From the NCBI GenBank assembly GCA_021823165.1, contig JAKAOS010000002.1:1-60168 (forward strand): 60,168 nucleotides of DNA. Reading direction: 5' to 3'. The notes beneath the pieces were generated by a model that was not told the origin of the DNA, ran no database searches, and saw only the letters and a program-made list of their open reading frames with translations. The position numbers were made by a program, and so were the translations under genes. Below, in pieces: positions 18,898-31,541 of the stretch (its first letter is position 1; the number at the start of each line of letters is the position of its first letter). The stretch comes from Actinomycetes bacterium (GTDB lineage Bacteria > Actinomycetota > Acidimicrobiia > Acidimicrobiales > JAKAOS01).

Positions 18898-19607
18898 TCC
18901 TGGTCATCGAGACCTCTACGACCTCCATTGGAGTGGCGGTGGGTACCGGCAGAGAAGCCGCCTCCACGGTGCGCCACCGGGGCAGACCCCGGCATGGGGA
19001 GTTGCTCGCCCCGACGATAGAGTTCTGTTTGGCCCAGGCCGGGGTTGGGATGAAAGATATCGACGCCATCGGGGTCGATGCCGGCCCGGGCCTCTTCACC
19101 GGCCTTCGGGTCGGCGTCGCTGCGGCCAAGGCCCTGGGTTTTGCTCTTTCACGGCCCGTTTGCGTCCTGAACAGCCTAGATATCCTCGCCTGGCCACTGC
19201 GCTGGTGGCCGGGCACCGTGGTGGCAGCCCTGGACGGGCGCAAGGGGCAGTGCTTCTGGGCCGCCTACCGGAGACAGGGTGCACTCTGGGCCCCGATCAG
19301 CGGAATCGGGTCGGGCTCGCCGGAGGACATGGCCTACGAGGTGGGCAGACTGGGCTCTGGGGTGGCCTTTGTCGGGGACGCCGCATCCCGCTATGGGGAG
19401 CGGATCGGTGTCGATGGGTCGAGACCGGTGATCGGTGACACCCATCCCAACCCCGAGGCGGCACTTGAGCTCGCCGCTTTGGCGGTGGAGCGCGGTGAGG
19501 GCATCGATGCAATGTCGGTTTCCGCCCTCTATTTGAGGGCACCCGATGCCAAGGTCAGCTGGAAGGTCGAGCGGCCCCATGCTCCAAGTGGAACGGCCGC
19601 ACCTTGA
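18894..19607 (+). CDS. tsaB: tRNA t6A37 biosynthesis protein TsaB
   Basis: MILVIETSTTSIGVAV...GPGLFTGLRVGVAAAKAL. GTGA overlap with tsaE. Confidence 0.9.
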   Translation: MILVIETSTTSIGVAVGTGREAASTVRHRGRPRHGELLAPTIEFCLAQAGVGMKDIDAIGVDAGPGLFTGLRVGVAAAKALGFALSRPVCVLNSLDILAWPLRWWPGTVVAALDGRKGQCFWAAYRRQGALWAPISGIGSGSPEDMAYEVGRLGSGVAFVGDAASRYGERIGVDGSRPVIGDTHPNPEAALELAALAVERGEGIDAMSVSALYLRAPDAKVSWKVERPHAPSGTAAP

Positions 19608-20176
19608 TCCCGGTGCACCGCAATGCGCTGGATCATGCGGGGGGTGGGCTGGAGGTGCGCCTGGACCCTATGCGCCGTAGGCACCTGCGCTCGGTCCTGC
19701 GGATCGAGTCCTCCGTCTACCCCCGCCCATGGTCGCTGTCGCTTTTCTTGAGCGAACTCTCGTTGCGCTCTATCCGCTCTTATACGGTGGCGAAGGTGGC
19801 CTCCGCGGTAGTCGGCTACTCGGGTTTGATGCTGGCCGGGGACGAGGGGCATATCACCACCATCGCGGTCGACCCGGCCTGGCACCGCAACCAGATCGGC
19901 ACGAGGCTGATGCTTGACATGATGCGGGTGGCCAAGGCCAGGGGCGCGTCTGATGTGACTTTGGAGGTCCGGGTGAGCAACTACCAGGCCCAGGCGATGT
20001 ATCGCCGTTTTGGCTTTGCTCCCGAGGGGATAAGGCCCAACTACTACGTGGAGACGAGCGAGGATGCCCTCATCATGTGGGCCCGTGACATAGCCAGCCA
20101 GGAGTATCGGCGCCGTCTGGAGGAGATCGAGTCCAAGGTGAGGGGAACGACGTTATCGAGCGATCGCAGATGGTGA
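19604..20176 (+). CDS. rimI: Ribosomal-protein-alanine N-acetyltransferase (GNAT)
   Basis: GNAT core IAVDPAWHRNQIGTRLM...EVRVSNYQAQAMYRRFGF in the canonical position between tsaB and tsaD. TTGA overlap; a later Met start is possible. Confidence 0.85.
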   Translation: MIPVHRNALDHAGGGLEVRLDPMRRRHLRSVLRIESSVYPRPWSLSLFLSELSLRSIRSYTVAKVASAVVGYSGLMLAGDEGHITTIAVDPAWHRNQIGTRLMLDMMRVAKARGASDVTLEVRVSNYQAQAMYRRFGFAPEGIRPNYYVETSEDALIMWARDIASQEYRRRLEEIESKVRGTTLSSDRRW

Positions 20177-21189
20177 GTGATGCCCGCGATGCGGTGTTGG
20201 GGATCGAGACCTCCTGCGACGAGACCGCCGCTTCGGTCGTCCGCGGAGGACAAAGCGTCATGTCCTCTGTGATCTCCAGCCAGCTGGACCTGCATGCCCG
20301 TTTCGGCGGGGTGGTCCCCGAAATTGCGAGCCGGGCACATCTCGATCTATTGCTACCAGTGGTCTCCGAGGCGCTTTCTGGGGCCCAGGTGGAGGGGCCA
20401 TCGCTTGCAGCCGTGGCCGTCACAACCGGCCCGGGGCTTGCGGGGGCGCTGCTCGTGGGGGTGTCGGCGGCCAAGGCCTTGGCCCTTGCCTGGGGCGTTC
20501 CCTACGTGGCGGTCAACCACCTGGAAGGCCACTTGTATGCCGCCAGCCTGGAGGAGGAGAAGCTGGAGTATCCCATTGTCACGCTGTTGGTCTCCGGCGG
20601 GCACACGATGCTGGTCTTGGTGCAGAGCCCTGGCAACTACCGGCTCATGGGCGAGACGGTGGACGATGCGGCAGGTGAGGCATTCGACAAGGTGGCCAGG
20701 GCACTTGGCCTCGGCTACCCCGGCGGACCGGCGATCGATGCCATGGCCAAAAAGGGAGACCCGTCCGCGATCCCCTTCCCGCGCCCGATGATGGGCGCAG
20801 GGTTGTCGTTTTCCTTTTCCGGTCTGAAGACGGCAGTCACCCGCTGGGTGCGCGAGCATCCCGATGCCGAGGTTGCAGACGTGGCGGCATCATTTCAACA
20901 GGCCGTTGTGGACGTATTGGTTTCCAAGGCAGCCACGGCCGCTCGGCAGGTGGGAGCCATGGGCATCTGTCTGGGAGGCGGGGTTGCCGCCAACGCCCAG
21001 CTGCGGGAGGCCATCGTCGAGGCCTGCGCCAAAGAGGGCATGGCAGCGCTTCTGCCTTCCAAGGCAATGTGCACCGACAACGCCGCGATGATTGCAGCCG
21101 CGGGCTGGCACAGGTTGCGCAGTGACGGCCCGAGCCCCCTCGATACACCGGCGGAACCCGATCTTTCACTGGTAGCTCACACGGCCTGA
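20170..21189 (+). CDS. tsaD: tRNA N6-adenosine threonylcarbamoyltransferase TsaD
   Basis: VLGIETSCDETAASVV...VNHLEGHL...SGGHT...GVAAN. Confidence 0.93.
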   Translation: MVSDARDAVLGIETSCDETAASVVRGGQSVMSSVISSQLDLHARFGGVVPEIASRAHLDLLLPVVSEALSGAQVEGPSLAAVAVTTGPGLAGALLVGVSAAKALALAWGVPYVAVNHLEGHLYAASLEEEKLEYPIVTLLVSGGHTMLVLVQSPGNYRLMGETVDDAAGEAFDKVARALGLGYPGGPAIDAMAKKGDPSAIPFPRPMMGAGLSFSFSGLKTAVTRWVREHPDAEVADVAASFQQAVVDVLVSKAATAARQVGAMGICLGGGVAANAQLREAIVEACAKEGMAALLPSKAMCTDNAAMIAAAGWHRLRSDGPSPLDTPAEPDLSLVAHTA

Positions 21190-21300
21190 TAGCGACTGGA
21201 AGCCCGAGAGTTTCTTCAAGTCACAAGAGTTGGTTGGGGATGGCTCCGGACCAAAGGATCGCCTCGGGAGGCCGCAAGATACCAGTGAAGATCCCGGATG

Positions 21301-21666
21301 TCAGTCGGTGGGCACCGGCCCCGTTCCGCCTGGACCCTGCTGGCCCATCTGCGCCCCAGCCATCTGGTTACGAATTTGGCGGGTGTCCTCGGCGATGTGG
21401 AACACGACCATTATCAACTCAAATGTGACACGGGCGAATCCCAGGTAGAGGATGAAGAGGATCGGGACGATGATCAGGCCGACCACCGCGAAAAGCGCTC
21501 CCCTCGATGCCATGGTCACAAATATGGCCAGCGCAGCGAAGCTGTAGACCACGGTAACGATTATGTAGAGAGTTTTGACAAGCTTTGTCGTGACAAAGCT
21601 ATTAAAGGAGAAGTCGAAAAGGCTCTGCAGAAACCCCTTAGCCGAGGCGCTGCTGATGTTACTCAT
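21301..21666 (-). CDS. DUF4282-like small integral membrane protein
   Basis: ATG 21666 is preceded by AAGGAGG. MSNISSASAKGFLQSLFDFSFNSFVTTKLVKTLYIIVTVVY... has two hydrophobic helices and a Gly/Gln-rich tail. The segment is visibly more AT-rich than its neighbours. Confidence 0.7.
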   Translation of the reverse strand: MSNISSASAKGFLQSLFDFSFNSFVTTKLVKTLYIIVTVVYSFAALAIFVTMASRGALFAVVGLIIVPILFILYLGFARVTFELIMVVFHIAEDTRQIRNQMAGAQMGQQGPGGTGPVPTD

Positions 21667-21965
21667 AGGACCGGCCTCCTTGCTGGCAATGATGACCATA
21701 TGATGGCACATCAACTGGGGACAGATGACTTATTGGGGGCAGTTGTCCTTGGAGAAAGCGCTGAGGATGCCCCCGGTGGCCCCGAAAGGGTTTGGGATCG
21801 CTGCATGCCGGCCCGCATCCCTCGTTGTCCTCTGGGATGGCTCTCATGGGAGTCGGCCCCCTCGGGCTAGTTCCAGCCACAGGCAATGAGCGGTTGAGCG
21901 GTGTCGTTGGTTCTCCATGAGAAGTGCCCTTGGCTCCCAAGGTGGAGAAGGGGAGTGCCCAGCGG

Positions 21966-21994
21966 TTGCCGCGAGCCCGCGCGGTCGCTATCGT
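21966..21994 (+). promoter_or_regulatory. Putative sigma-A type promoter of groES-groEL (-35 TTGCCG, 17-nt spacer, -10 TATCGT)
   Basis: TTGCCG 21966-21971 and TATCGT 21989-21994, immediately abutting the CIRCE operator. Pattern match only. Confidence 0.4.
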
Positions 21995-22020
21995 TAGCAC
22001 TCAGAAGATCCGAGTGCTAA
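21994..22020. promoter_or_regulatory. CIRCE element (HrcA operator)
   Basis: TTAGCACTC-agaagatcc-GAGTGCTAA is a perfect match to the CIRCE consensus TTAGCACTC-N9-GAGTGCTAA, 40 nt upstream of groES. Confidence 0.92.
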
Positions 22021-22059
22021 CCGGAGCGGCAACGCCGCTGTGGAAACGGAGGCTATTAC

Positions 22060-24005
<1,946 letters not shown>

Positions 24006-24049
24006 GCCATCCCGGGCGCCCCATGTGAGTGCCCTGTATGTCCAAAGAA

Positions 24050-24082
24050 GGGGGGGTTGGCCGAATGGCCTCCCCCCCTTTT
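24050..24082 (+). terminator. Intrinsic terminator downstream of groEL
   Basis: GGGGGGG(TT)GGCC-gaat-GGCC(T)CCCCCCC followed by TTTT (24079-24082). Confidence 0.75.
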
Positions 24083-24146
24083 GCTTTGTTGGCCGGAGGG
24101 CTTTGCTGTGGCTGAAATCAACAGGCGAGACGATTAATCTCGGAGC

Positions 24147-24341
24147 ATGCAACCCCGCCCGAGTTCTGACCCCCAAACCCTCCTCCGCTACTGGATGGAG
24201 TGGGAACGCGGTGAGACTCCGCCCGGACGGGTGATGTCCAATTTGAAGACAGCGGGCCTGAGGGAGCTTTTGGAGGGCCTGGCGGCAGGTTCCGGCCATG
24301 GAGAGGCCAGCATGGAGAGCACTGGGAGGATCGGTGGCTGA
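24147..24341 (+). CDS. Hypothetical small protein (64 aa), possibly co-translated with the downstream guaB3-like gene
   Basis: ORF MQPRPSSDPQTLLRYWMEWERGETPPGRVMSNLKTAGLRELLEGLAAG... has a coding-like composition. Its stop overlaps the GTG 24334 start of the next gene by 8 nt. I recognise no family. Confidence 0.35.
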   Translation: MQPRPSSDPQTLLRYWMEWERGETPPGRVMSNLKTAGLRELLEGLAAGSGHGEASMESTGRIGG

Positions 24342-25497
24342 GGTAGAGATCGGCATCGGCAAGACGGGCCGGCGTGCCTACGGCTTCGACGACATAGCCA
24401 TCGTCCCGAGCCGACGCACCCGGGATCCCGAAGACATCGACATCAGCTGGGAGATCGATGCATTCAACTTCGATCTGCCGCTCATGGCCTCGGCGATGGA
24501 CTCCGTGGTGAGCCCGGCCATCGCCATAGAACTCGGCCGTCTCGGTGGGGTGGGCGTGTTGAACCTGGAGGGGCTCTGGACCCGCTACGAGGATCCCGAG
24601 TCGGTATACGAGGAGATCGCCTCGCTGCCCGACGACAAAGCCACCCTCCGGATGCAGCAACTTTACACCGAGCCAGTGAAGCTGGAACTCGTCACCCAGC
24701 GCATTCGGGAGATCAAAGCCGCAGGAGTCGTAGCGGCAGCATCGGTAACCCCGCAGCGCACTGCTGAGATGACCAGGGCCATCCTGGACGCCGAGTTGGA
24801 CCTACTGGTCATCCAGGGCACCGTGGTCTCGGCCGAGCACGTCTCCAAAAATGCCGAGCCTCTCAACCTGAAGCGTTTCATACGAGAGCTGGAGATTCCC
24901 GTGATAGTGGGTGGCTGTGCCTCCTACCAGGCGGCACTTCACCTCATGCGCACCGGGGCGGTCGGAGTCTTGGTCGGGGTGGGCCCTGGCAACGCCTGCA
25001 CCACCAGGGGAGTGTTGGGAATCGGCGTGCCACAGGCAACGGCGATTGCCGACGCAGCGGGTGCGCGCATGCGCCACCTGGACGAGACCGGCGTCTACTG
25101 CCATGTGATCGCCGACGGGGGCATGAGCCGGGGAGGCGACATAGCCAAGGCGATTGCCTGCGGCGCCGACGCGGTCATGCTCGGTTCCCCCCTCACCACC
25201 GCAGCCGAAGCACCCGGCCGGGGCTGGCACTGGGGCATGGCCACCTTCCACCCCACCCTGCCGCGGGGAACCCGGGTCCGCACCCGGACCAGGGGCACCC
25301 TGAAAGAGGTCCTGTTGGGCCCGGCCCATGAGAACGACGGAGGCCTCAACCTTTTCGGGGCCCTGCGCACCTCGATGGCCACCTGCGGGTATGAGAGCGT
25401 GAAGGAGTTTCAAAAGGCGGAGGTCATGGTGGCGCCGGCGCTGCAGACCGAGGGCAAGTCCCTCCAGCGCAGCCAGGGCGTCGGCATGGGGCGGTAG
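24334..25497 (+). CDS. guaB3: GuaB3-type IMP dehydrogenase-family protein (no CBS insert)
   Basis: GTG 24334 after GGGAGGA gives [39 protein letters not shown]..., the N-terminus typical of actinobacterial GuaB3. Also [20 protein letters not shown]. It lies within track ORF 24298..25497. Confidence 0.85.
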   Translation: MAEVEIGIGKTGRRAYGFDDIAIVPSRRTRDPEDIDISWEIDAFNFDLPLMASAMDSVVSPAIAIELGRLGGVGVLNLEGLWTRYEDPESVYEEIASLPDDKATLRMQQLYTEPVKLELVTQRIREIKAAGVVAAASVTPQRTAEMTRAILDAELDLLVIQGTVVSAEHVSKNAEPLNLKRFIRELEIPVIVGGCASYQAALHLMRTGAVGVLVGVGPGNACTTRGVLGIGVPQATAIADAAGARMRHLDETGVYCHVIADGGMSRGGDIAKAIACGADAVMLGSPLTTAAEAPGRGWHWGMATFHPTLPRGTRVRTRTRGTLKEVLLGPAHENDGGLNLFGALRTSMATCGYESVKEFQKAEVMVAPALQTEGKSLQRSQGVGMGR

Positions 25498-25499
25498 TC

Positions 25500-27053
25500 G
25501 TGGCGGTCTTGGTCAACCCCGGCGAACACGACACCGTCGTGGTTGTGGATTTCGGTGCCCAGTACTCCCAGCTGATCGCCAGGCGAGTCAGGGAGGCTCG
25601 GGTCTACTCCGAGATCGTCCCCCACGATGCCTCCCTCGAGGAGATCCTCGCCAGATCGCCAAAGGGCGTGATTCTCTCGGGCGGTCCCAAATCTGTCCAT
25701 GTTCCCGGAGCGCCGGGCATAGACCAGAGGCTTTGGGATGCCGGCATCCCGGTGCTCGGCATCTGCTACGGGGCCCAGCTCATGGCGCAGTCCCTCGGCG
25801 GCACGGTGGCCGCCACCGGCGTGGGCGAATACGGCAGGACCCCGATCCGGCGCCTCGGTCCCTCTGTGATCATGTCGGATGCGGCCGAGGACACCGAGGC
25901 CTGGATGAGCCACTTCGACTCCATCGTCTCCCCACCGGCCGGTTTCTCGGTGGTTGCCTCGGCTCCGGGTGCCGAAGTGGCGGCCTTCGAGGCTGCCGAC
26001 AGAGCCCTGTTCGGTGTGCAGTTTCATCCCGAGGTGGCCCATACCCCCCACGGCCAGGACATGCTGCACCGGTTCTTGCACGATGTATGCGGCTGCAGGC
26101 CGACCTGGACCCACACCTCGATCATTGCGTCGGCCGTGGAGGCAATAAGCGCCCAGGTTGGTCCCGACCGGGCACTGTGCGCGCTGTCGGGCGGGGTCGA
26201 CTCCTCGGTTGCTGCGGCCCTGGTGGCGACCGCCATCGGGGAGCGGCTGACCTGTGTCTTTGTCGATACCGGGCTCATGCGGGAAGGAGAGTCCGAACAG
26301 GTTGAAGAGACCTTCCGGCGCCAGTTCGGACTCGATCTGATACACGTCAAAGCCGCCGACCGCTTTTTCGCGGCCCTCTCTGGGCTCACCGATCCAGAGC
26401 TCAAGCGAAAGGCCGTGGGGGAGACCTTCATCCGCATCTTCGAAGAGGTTGCCCTGGAGCATTCCGATGCCCGTTATCTGGTGCAGGGCACCCTCTATCC
26501 AGACGTGGTCGAGTCGGGCTTCGGCAAGGCGGAGGTCATAAAGAGCCACCACAACGTGGGCGGCCTTCCCGAAACCATGGATCTGGATCTCGTGGAGCCA
26601 TTGCGGTCGCTCTTCAAAGACGAGGTAAGGGCCGTAGGAGAGGAGTTGGGGCTGCCCGAGGAGATCCTCTGGCGCCAGCCCTTCCCCGGGCCCGGGCTGT
26701 CCGTCCGGATCGTAGGCGAGGTAACTCGGGAGCGCACCGAGGTGCTGCGGGCGGCGGATGCCATTGTGGTCGAGGAGATTCGTCGAGCTGGTCTCGCCCG
26801 TCAACTGTGGCAGGCCTTTGCGGTGCTGCCGGCGGTCCGCACCGTTGGGGTCATGGGCGACGAGCGCACCTATGCCTACCCCATCGTGATCCGGGCGGTG
26901 GAGAGCGAGGACGCCATGACCGCAGATTGGGCACGGCTGCCCTGGGAGTTGCTGGAGCGGCTGTCCAACCGGTTGGTGAACGAGGTGCCTGGCGTCAATC
27001 GCGTCGCCTATGACATCACCTCCAAGCCACCCGGCACCATCGAGTGGGAGTGA
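25500..27053 (+). CDS. guaA: GMP synthase (glutamine-hydrolysing)
   Basis: GATase domain ([11 protein letters not shown]), ATP-PPase SGGVDSSV, and the C-terminal PPGTIEWE. Confidence 0.95.
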   Translation: MAVLVNPGEHDTVVVVDFGAQYSQLIARRVREARVYSEIVPHDASLEEILARSPKGVILSGGPKSVHVPGAPGIDQRLWDAGIPVLGICYGAQLMAQSLGGTVAATGVGEYGRTPIRRLGPSVIMSDAAEDTEAWMSHFDSIVSPPAGFSVVASAPGAEVAAFEAADRALFGVQFHPEVAHTPHGQDMLHRFLHDVCGCRPTWTHTSIIASAVEAISAQVGPDRALCALSGGVDSSVAAALVATAIGERLTCVFVDTGLMREGESEQVEETFRRQFGLDLIHVKAADRFFAALSGLTDPELKRKAVGETFIRIFEEVALEHSDARYLVQGTLYPDVVESGFGKAEVIKSHHNVGGLPETMDLDLVEPLRSLFKDEVRAVGEELGLPEEILWRQPFPGPGLSVRIVGEVTRERTEVLRAADAIVVEEIRRAGLARQLWQAFAVLPAVRTVGVMGDERTYAYPIVIRAVESEDAMTADWARLPWELLERLSNRLVNEVPGVNRVAYDITSKPPGTIEWE

Positions 27054-29320
27054 GCGAGCCCTTCTTCCGGCCTGCTCCATCGGGGGAGGATGAGGTCCAT
27101 CTGACGGACGGGCTCAACCCCGACCAGCGGAAGGCTGTGCTTCACGAAGAGGGTCCCTTGCTGCTCATTGCGGGGGCCGGGTCGGGAAAGACCCGGGTGC
27201 TTACCCACCGCATAGCGCACCTCGTTTCCGCCCGGGGTGTCCCGCCCTCCAGGATCCTTGCGATCACCTTCACCAACAGGGCAGCGTCGGAGATGAAGGC
27301 CAGGCTGGAGGCGTTGTTGGGCCCGGCCGCCTCCCAGATGTGGGTTTCGACCTTCCACTCGGCATGCGTAAGGATCCTGCGTCGGCATGCCGAGGTGCTG
27401 GGTTGGAAGTCCTCTTTCACAATCTATGACCAGGGAGACGCGTTGCGCCTGGTCGGATACGTGATCCGGGATCACGGCCTGGACCCGAAACGTTTCACGG
27501 CCCGGGCCGTCCTGGCTGCGATTTCGGGGGCGAAGAATGATCTGGTGAGCGTCTCGGGCTATGCCGAGCGGGCCCATTCGCCCTTCGAGCGGAGAGTCGC
27601 TGCCGTCTACGCCGACTATGCGGCGCGCTGCCGGGCCGCCAATGCACTGGACTTCGACGATTTGTTGGTCGCAACCGTCCAGCTTTTCGAGATGGCCCCC
27701 GACGTCCTCTCCTACTACCAGAACCGCTTTGTCCATATAGCGGTGGACGAATACCAAGACACCAACGCGGTTCAGGCCCGCCTGGTGGTATTGCTCGGGG
27801 CGGGGCATCGCAACGTCTTTGTGGTGGGCGACTCCGATCAGTCCGTCTACGGCTTCCGGGGTGCCGATATCTCCAACATCTTGGACTTCGAGGGCTCCTT
27901 CCCCGATGCGACCGTGATGCTGTTGGAGCAGAACTACCGATCCACCCAGAACATCCTGGATGCCGCCAATGCATTGATTGCCAACAACGCCCTGCGCCGG
28001 CCCAAGTCACTTTGGACCAAGGAAGGCCCCGGGGAACCCGTTGTGCACTACCGGGCCCGGGACGACAACGCCGAGGCCTCCTGGGTGGCCGATCAGATCG
28101 AAGGGCTCGTCTCCGAAAAGGGCATCCCCGCCTCCGACATTGCGGTCTTCTATCGCACCAATGCACTGAGCCGGGCCGTTGAGGAGGAGTTGGTAAGGCG
28201 TTCGATCGCCTATCGCATGGTCGGAGGTGCGCGCTTTTTCGACCGCAGGGAGGTGCGTGACCTCCTTGGTTGGCTGCGGGCCATCGCCAACCCCGAGGAC
28301 GAGGTCAGCTTGAAGCGGGCCATGGGGGCACCCAAGCGAGGAATCGGGGATGCCACCATTGCCCGGCTGGATCAATGGTCCTCCGCCAACGGCAAGAGTT
28401 TTGCCCAGGCGTTGGGCGACCCTGCGGCCGCCGGCGTCAAGGGGCGTTCTGCCAGCGCGGTGGCGGATTTCATGCGGCTATTGGGCGAGATGTCCGCCAT
28501 GGCGGCGAGCGAACTGCCCGAGGAGGTGGCCGAGGCGGTCTTGGAGCGCAGCGGCTACCGGGCCGAGTTGGAATCCGAGGACAGCCTCGAAGCGGCTGGC
28601 CGGCTGGAAAACCTGGGCGAATTGGTGGGCGAGGCGGCCAAGCACGAGAGCCTGGCTGAGTTCTTGGAGTCCGTCTCCCTGGTGAGCGAGACCGAAGGGG
28701 ACGGGGGTGAAAGCCAGGAGCAGGTGACGCTGATGACCCTGCACTCCGCCAAGGGCCTGGAGTTCCCAGTCGTGTTCATCATCGGAATGGAGGAGGGCAT
28801 CTTCCCCCACTCCCGGGCCCTGGGGAAGCCCGAGGAGTTGGAGGAGGAGCGCCGGCTTGCCTATGTGGGCTTTACCCGCGCCCGCCAGCGCCTCTTTGTC
28901 ACCAGCGCCTGGCGGCGGAACCAGTGGGGAGCGGGCCAGTTCAACCCTGCGAGCCGGTTCCTTTCAGAGGTTCCGGCATCCTGTCTCACTTTGGCACCGG
29001 ACTCCTTCGACGGTTCGGAATGGTCGTTTTCGCAGCTGGCGTCGCAATCCTGGGACGGCGTGGAAAGGGTCGACGGCAATGGCGTGACCAGGCGCTTTGT
29101 CGACGACACCGTCAGGGGGCGCCGGCCCACATCCCCTGGGAGGCGCTCTCCAGCCGTGTTGGACCTGGCGGCGGGGGAGGACGTGGTGCATGGCAAGTGG
29201 GGCGAGGGCGTCGTCATCTCGGTGCGAGGAGAGGGAGAGCGGGCCGAGGCGGTTGTGCGCTTTGCCGGAATCGGTGAAAAGACCCTGCTGTTGTCCATAG
29301 CCCCGCTCAAGCGGGCATGA
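27044..29320 (+). CDS. pcrA: ATP-dependent DNA helicase PcrA/UvrD (SF1)
   Basis: [67 protein letters not shown] 27044 or GTG 27050 (the latter gives a GTGA overlap with guaA). Confidence 0.92.
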   Translation: MGVSEPFFRPAPSGEDEVHLTDGLNPDQRKAVLHEEGPLLLIAGAGSGKTRVLTHRIAHLVSARGVPPSRILAITFTNRAASEMKARLEALLGPAASQMWVSTFHSACVRILRRHAEVLGWKSSFTIYDQGDALRLVGYVIRDHGLDPKRFTARAVLAAISGAKNDLVSVSGYAERAHSPFERRVAAVYADYAARCRAANALDFDDLLVATVQLFEMAPDVLSYYQNRFVHIAVDEYQDTNAVQARLVVLLGAGHRNVFVVGDSDQSVYGFRGADISNILDFEGSFPDATVMLLEQNYRSTQNILDAANALIANNALRRPKSLWTKEGPGEPVVHYRARDDNAEASWVADQIEGLVSEKGIPASDIAVFYRTNALSRAVEEELVRRSIAYRMVGGARFFDRREVRDLLGWLRAIANPEDEVSLKRAMGAPKRGIGDATIARLDQWSSANGKSFAQALGDPAAAGVKGRSASAVADFMRLLGEMSAMAASELPEEVAEAVLERSGYRAELESEDSLEAAGRLENLGELVGEAAKHESLAEFLESVSLVSETEGDGGESQEQVTLMTLHSAKGLEFPVVFIIGMEEGIFPHSRALGKPEELEEERRLAYVGFTRARQRLFVTSAWRRNQWGAGQFNPASRFLSEVPASCLTLAPDSFDGSEWSFSQLASQSWDGVERVDGNGVTRRFVDDTVRGRRPTSPGRRSPAVLDLAAGEDVVHGKWGEGVVISVRGEGERAEAVVRFAGIGEKTLLLSIAPLKRA

Positions 29321-30024
29321 GCACACCCATGGGTGAGCACGCTGAATGGAGTATCGGGGTGCAACAGGTAGCATGGGACGCCGTGCGTTTGGCGGTCCTG
29401 GCATCGGGGAGCGGGACAATCCTCTCATCCATGATCGAGCAGGATTTGCCCATCGAGGTGGTCGTGGTGGACAGGCAGTGCCGCGCCGAGGAGGTGGCGG
29501 GCGAGGCCGGCGTCGCCGTCGTCCGGCTTACGCGTGCCAGCTTCGGGGCCTCCTTTGACCGACCCTCCTACACCAAGTCGCTGGTGGGAGTGCTCAAGGA
29601 GAGGGGAATCGGCCTGGTGGCCATGGCCGGGTTCGGCACGGTGCTTTCTGGGGAGTTGTTCGAGGAGTACCCGGGCAGGGTGATGAACACCCATCCCGCC
29701 CTGTTACCGGAGTTCAAGGGATGGCATGCCGTGCAGGCCGCCCTCGATGCCGGGGTGGAGATGACAGGGTGCACCGTCCACATCGCAACCACCGAGGTTG
29801 ACGATGGACCGATACTTGCCCAGGAGGCGGTCCCCGTACTGGAGGGGGACACGGTGGAGTCGCTGCACGAGCGGATCAAAGAGGTAGAAAGGCGCCTCTA
29901 TCCTGCCACCCTGAAAGCGGTCCTGGAGGCCGGAGGCGACCCGGGCTCCCTTGTGGGGCAGCCTCGGTCCACGAAGCGGCCGGCACCTTGGGAATCCGGT
30001 GGAGAAAGTGAGTTGATCAGATGA
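29317..30024 (+). CDS. purN: Phosphoribosylglycinamide formyltransferase
   Basis: VLASGSGTIL, NTHPALLPEFKG, TVHIATTEVDDGPILAQ. ATGA overlap with pcrA. The catalytic core begins ~22 aa in, so a downstream GTG start is possible. Confidence 0.88.
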   Translation: MSTPMGEHAEWSIGVQQVAWDAVRLAVLASGSGTILSSMIEQDLPIEVVVVDRQCRAEEVAGEAGVAVVRLTRASFGASFDRPSYTKSLVGVLKERGIGLVAMAGFGTVLSGELFEEYPGRVMNTHPALLPEFKGWHAVQAALDAGVEMTGCTVHIATTEVDDGPILAQEAVPVLEGDTVESLHERIKEVERRLYPATLKAVLEAGGDPGSLVGQPRSTKRPAPWESGGESELIR

Positions 30025-31541
30025 GGCGGGCACTGGTATCGGTTTGGGACAAGACCGCGCTGGTTGACTTTGCCCGGTCCCTGGTGGAGTTGGGCTGGGA
30101 ACTGCTTGCCAGCGGTGCAACCGGGGCGGCCCTGGCGGCCGCCGCAATCCCCCATGTGAAAGTCGAGGACGTGACGGGATGGCCCGAGATGCTGGGGGGG
30201 CGGGTGAAGACTTTGCACCCTGCCATCCATGCAGGCATCCTGGCTGACCGCTCCAAAGATTCTCACCTGGCGGACCTCGAGAGCCACTCCCTTTCCCCTG
30301 TTGATTTGGTGGTGTGCAACCTCTACCCCTTCGGCTCCCAGCCCGGCATCGAGATGATCGACGTCGGCGGGCCCACCATGGTCAGGGCCGCCGCCAAGAA
30401 CCACAACCACGTCGGGGTGGTGGTGAGCCCGGCGGATTATCCCGCGGTGTTGGACGAGTTGCGCCGGGACGGCGACCTCGGCCAGGCCACTCGCCGGGCC
30501 CTTGCCCGCAAGGCCTTTGCCCACACCGCCGCCTACGACGCGGCAATCGTGGAGTGGCTGGATTCCCTGGAGGGCGCCGAGGGGGGAGCCATGCCCCCCA
30601 CTCTGCATCTGGCCCTGGAGCGTTCCGCTTCGCTTCGCTATGCGGAGAACCCCCACCAGAACGGTGCCCGCTACTCCATCGTGGGCGAGAGGGGCTGGTG
30701 GGACGGGGTGCGTTCCCACGGTGGCCTTCCTCTGTCGTATCTGAACCACTTCGACGCCGAGGCCGCCTACCAACTCGCCTTTGAACTGGCGGACCTTACG
30801 AACAAAAAGGTCGCAGTGGTGGTGAAGCATGCCAACCCCGCCGGGGTGGCCCTGCGGGATGACTTTGCGACCGCAGTCGCCGACGCCGTGGCGGCAGATC
30901 CGGTTTCGGCCTTCGGGGGGATTGCGGCCATTAGCGGGGAGATGGATCTTGCCGCCGCCCAAGCCCTTGCGGACGGGCCCCAGATGGACGTGGTTGTTGC
31001 CTCCTCCTATGGTCCCGGGGCCATTGAGGTGCTGGCCAAGAGGCGGAAGAACACCAGGATTCTCGAAGGCCCCCGCCCCAAGAGGCCCCGGCGGGATTTC
31101 AGGAGCATCGACGGGGGCTTCCTCGTCCAGGAGGCGGATCGCATTTCGGAACGTTCTGGCTGGAAGGTGGCGGGCACGCATCAGCCCGGCGAGGACGCGC
31201 TGGCAGACCTGGAACTCGCCTGGGTGGTGTGCGCCCGCACCGGATCCAATGCCATCGTGCTCGCCTCGGGCGGCTGTGTCGTGGGCGTCGGAGCCGGCCA
31301 ACAGAACCGCGTCGATTCGGCCAGGATCGCAATCGAGAAGGCGGGAGGCCGTGCCATGGGAGCAGTTGCAGCCTCGGATGCCTTTTTCCCCTTCCCCGAC
31401 GGAGTGGAGGTGCTGGCGGCATCGGGGGTCCGGGCCGTGATCCAGCCCGGCGGGTCGGTGCGGGATGCGGCGGTCACCGAGGCGGCGGATGCGGCCGGAA
31501 TGGCCATGGTGCACACCGGCGAACGCCACTTCCGCCACTGA
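30021..31541 (+). CDS. purH: Bifunctional AICAR formyltransferase / IMP cyclohydrolase
   Basis: ALVSVWDKT...GGRVKTLHP...VVKHANPAGVA...AFFPFPDGV...GERHFRH. Confidence 0.95.
   Translation: MRRALVSVWDKTALVDFARSLVELGWELLASGATGAALAAAAIPHVKVEDVTGWPEMLGGRVKTLHPAIHAGILADRSKDSHLADLESHSLSPVDLVVCNLYPFGSQPGIEMIDVGGPTMVRAAAKNHNHVGVVVSPADYPAVLDELRRDGDLGQATRRALARKAFAHTAAYDAAIVEWLDSLEGAEGGAMPPTLHLALERSASLRYAENPHQNGARYSIVGERGWWDGVRSHGGLPLSYLNHFDAEAAYQLAFELADLTNKKVAVVVKHANPAGVALRDDFATAVADAVAADPVSAFGGIAAISGEMDLAAAQALADGPQMDVVVASSYGPGAIEVLAKRRKNTRILEGPRPKRPRRDFRSIDGGFLVQEADRISERSGWKVAGTHQPGEDALADLELAWVVCARTGSNAIVLASGGCVVGVGAGQQNRVDSARIAIEKAGGRAMGAVAASDAFFPFPDGVEVLAASGVRAVIQPGGSVRDAAVTEAADAAGMAMVHTGERHFRH

Noticed and set aside
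21923-21960. Possible second CIRCE element upstream of groES (CCTTGG-CTC-CCAAGG palindrome flanked by AGTGCCC repeats)
   Set aside because: The half-sites and spacing do not match TTAGCACTC-N9-GAGTGCTAA. It is mentioned only as an unexplained dyad and is not called as CIRCE.
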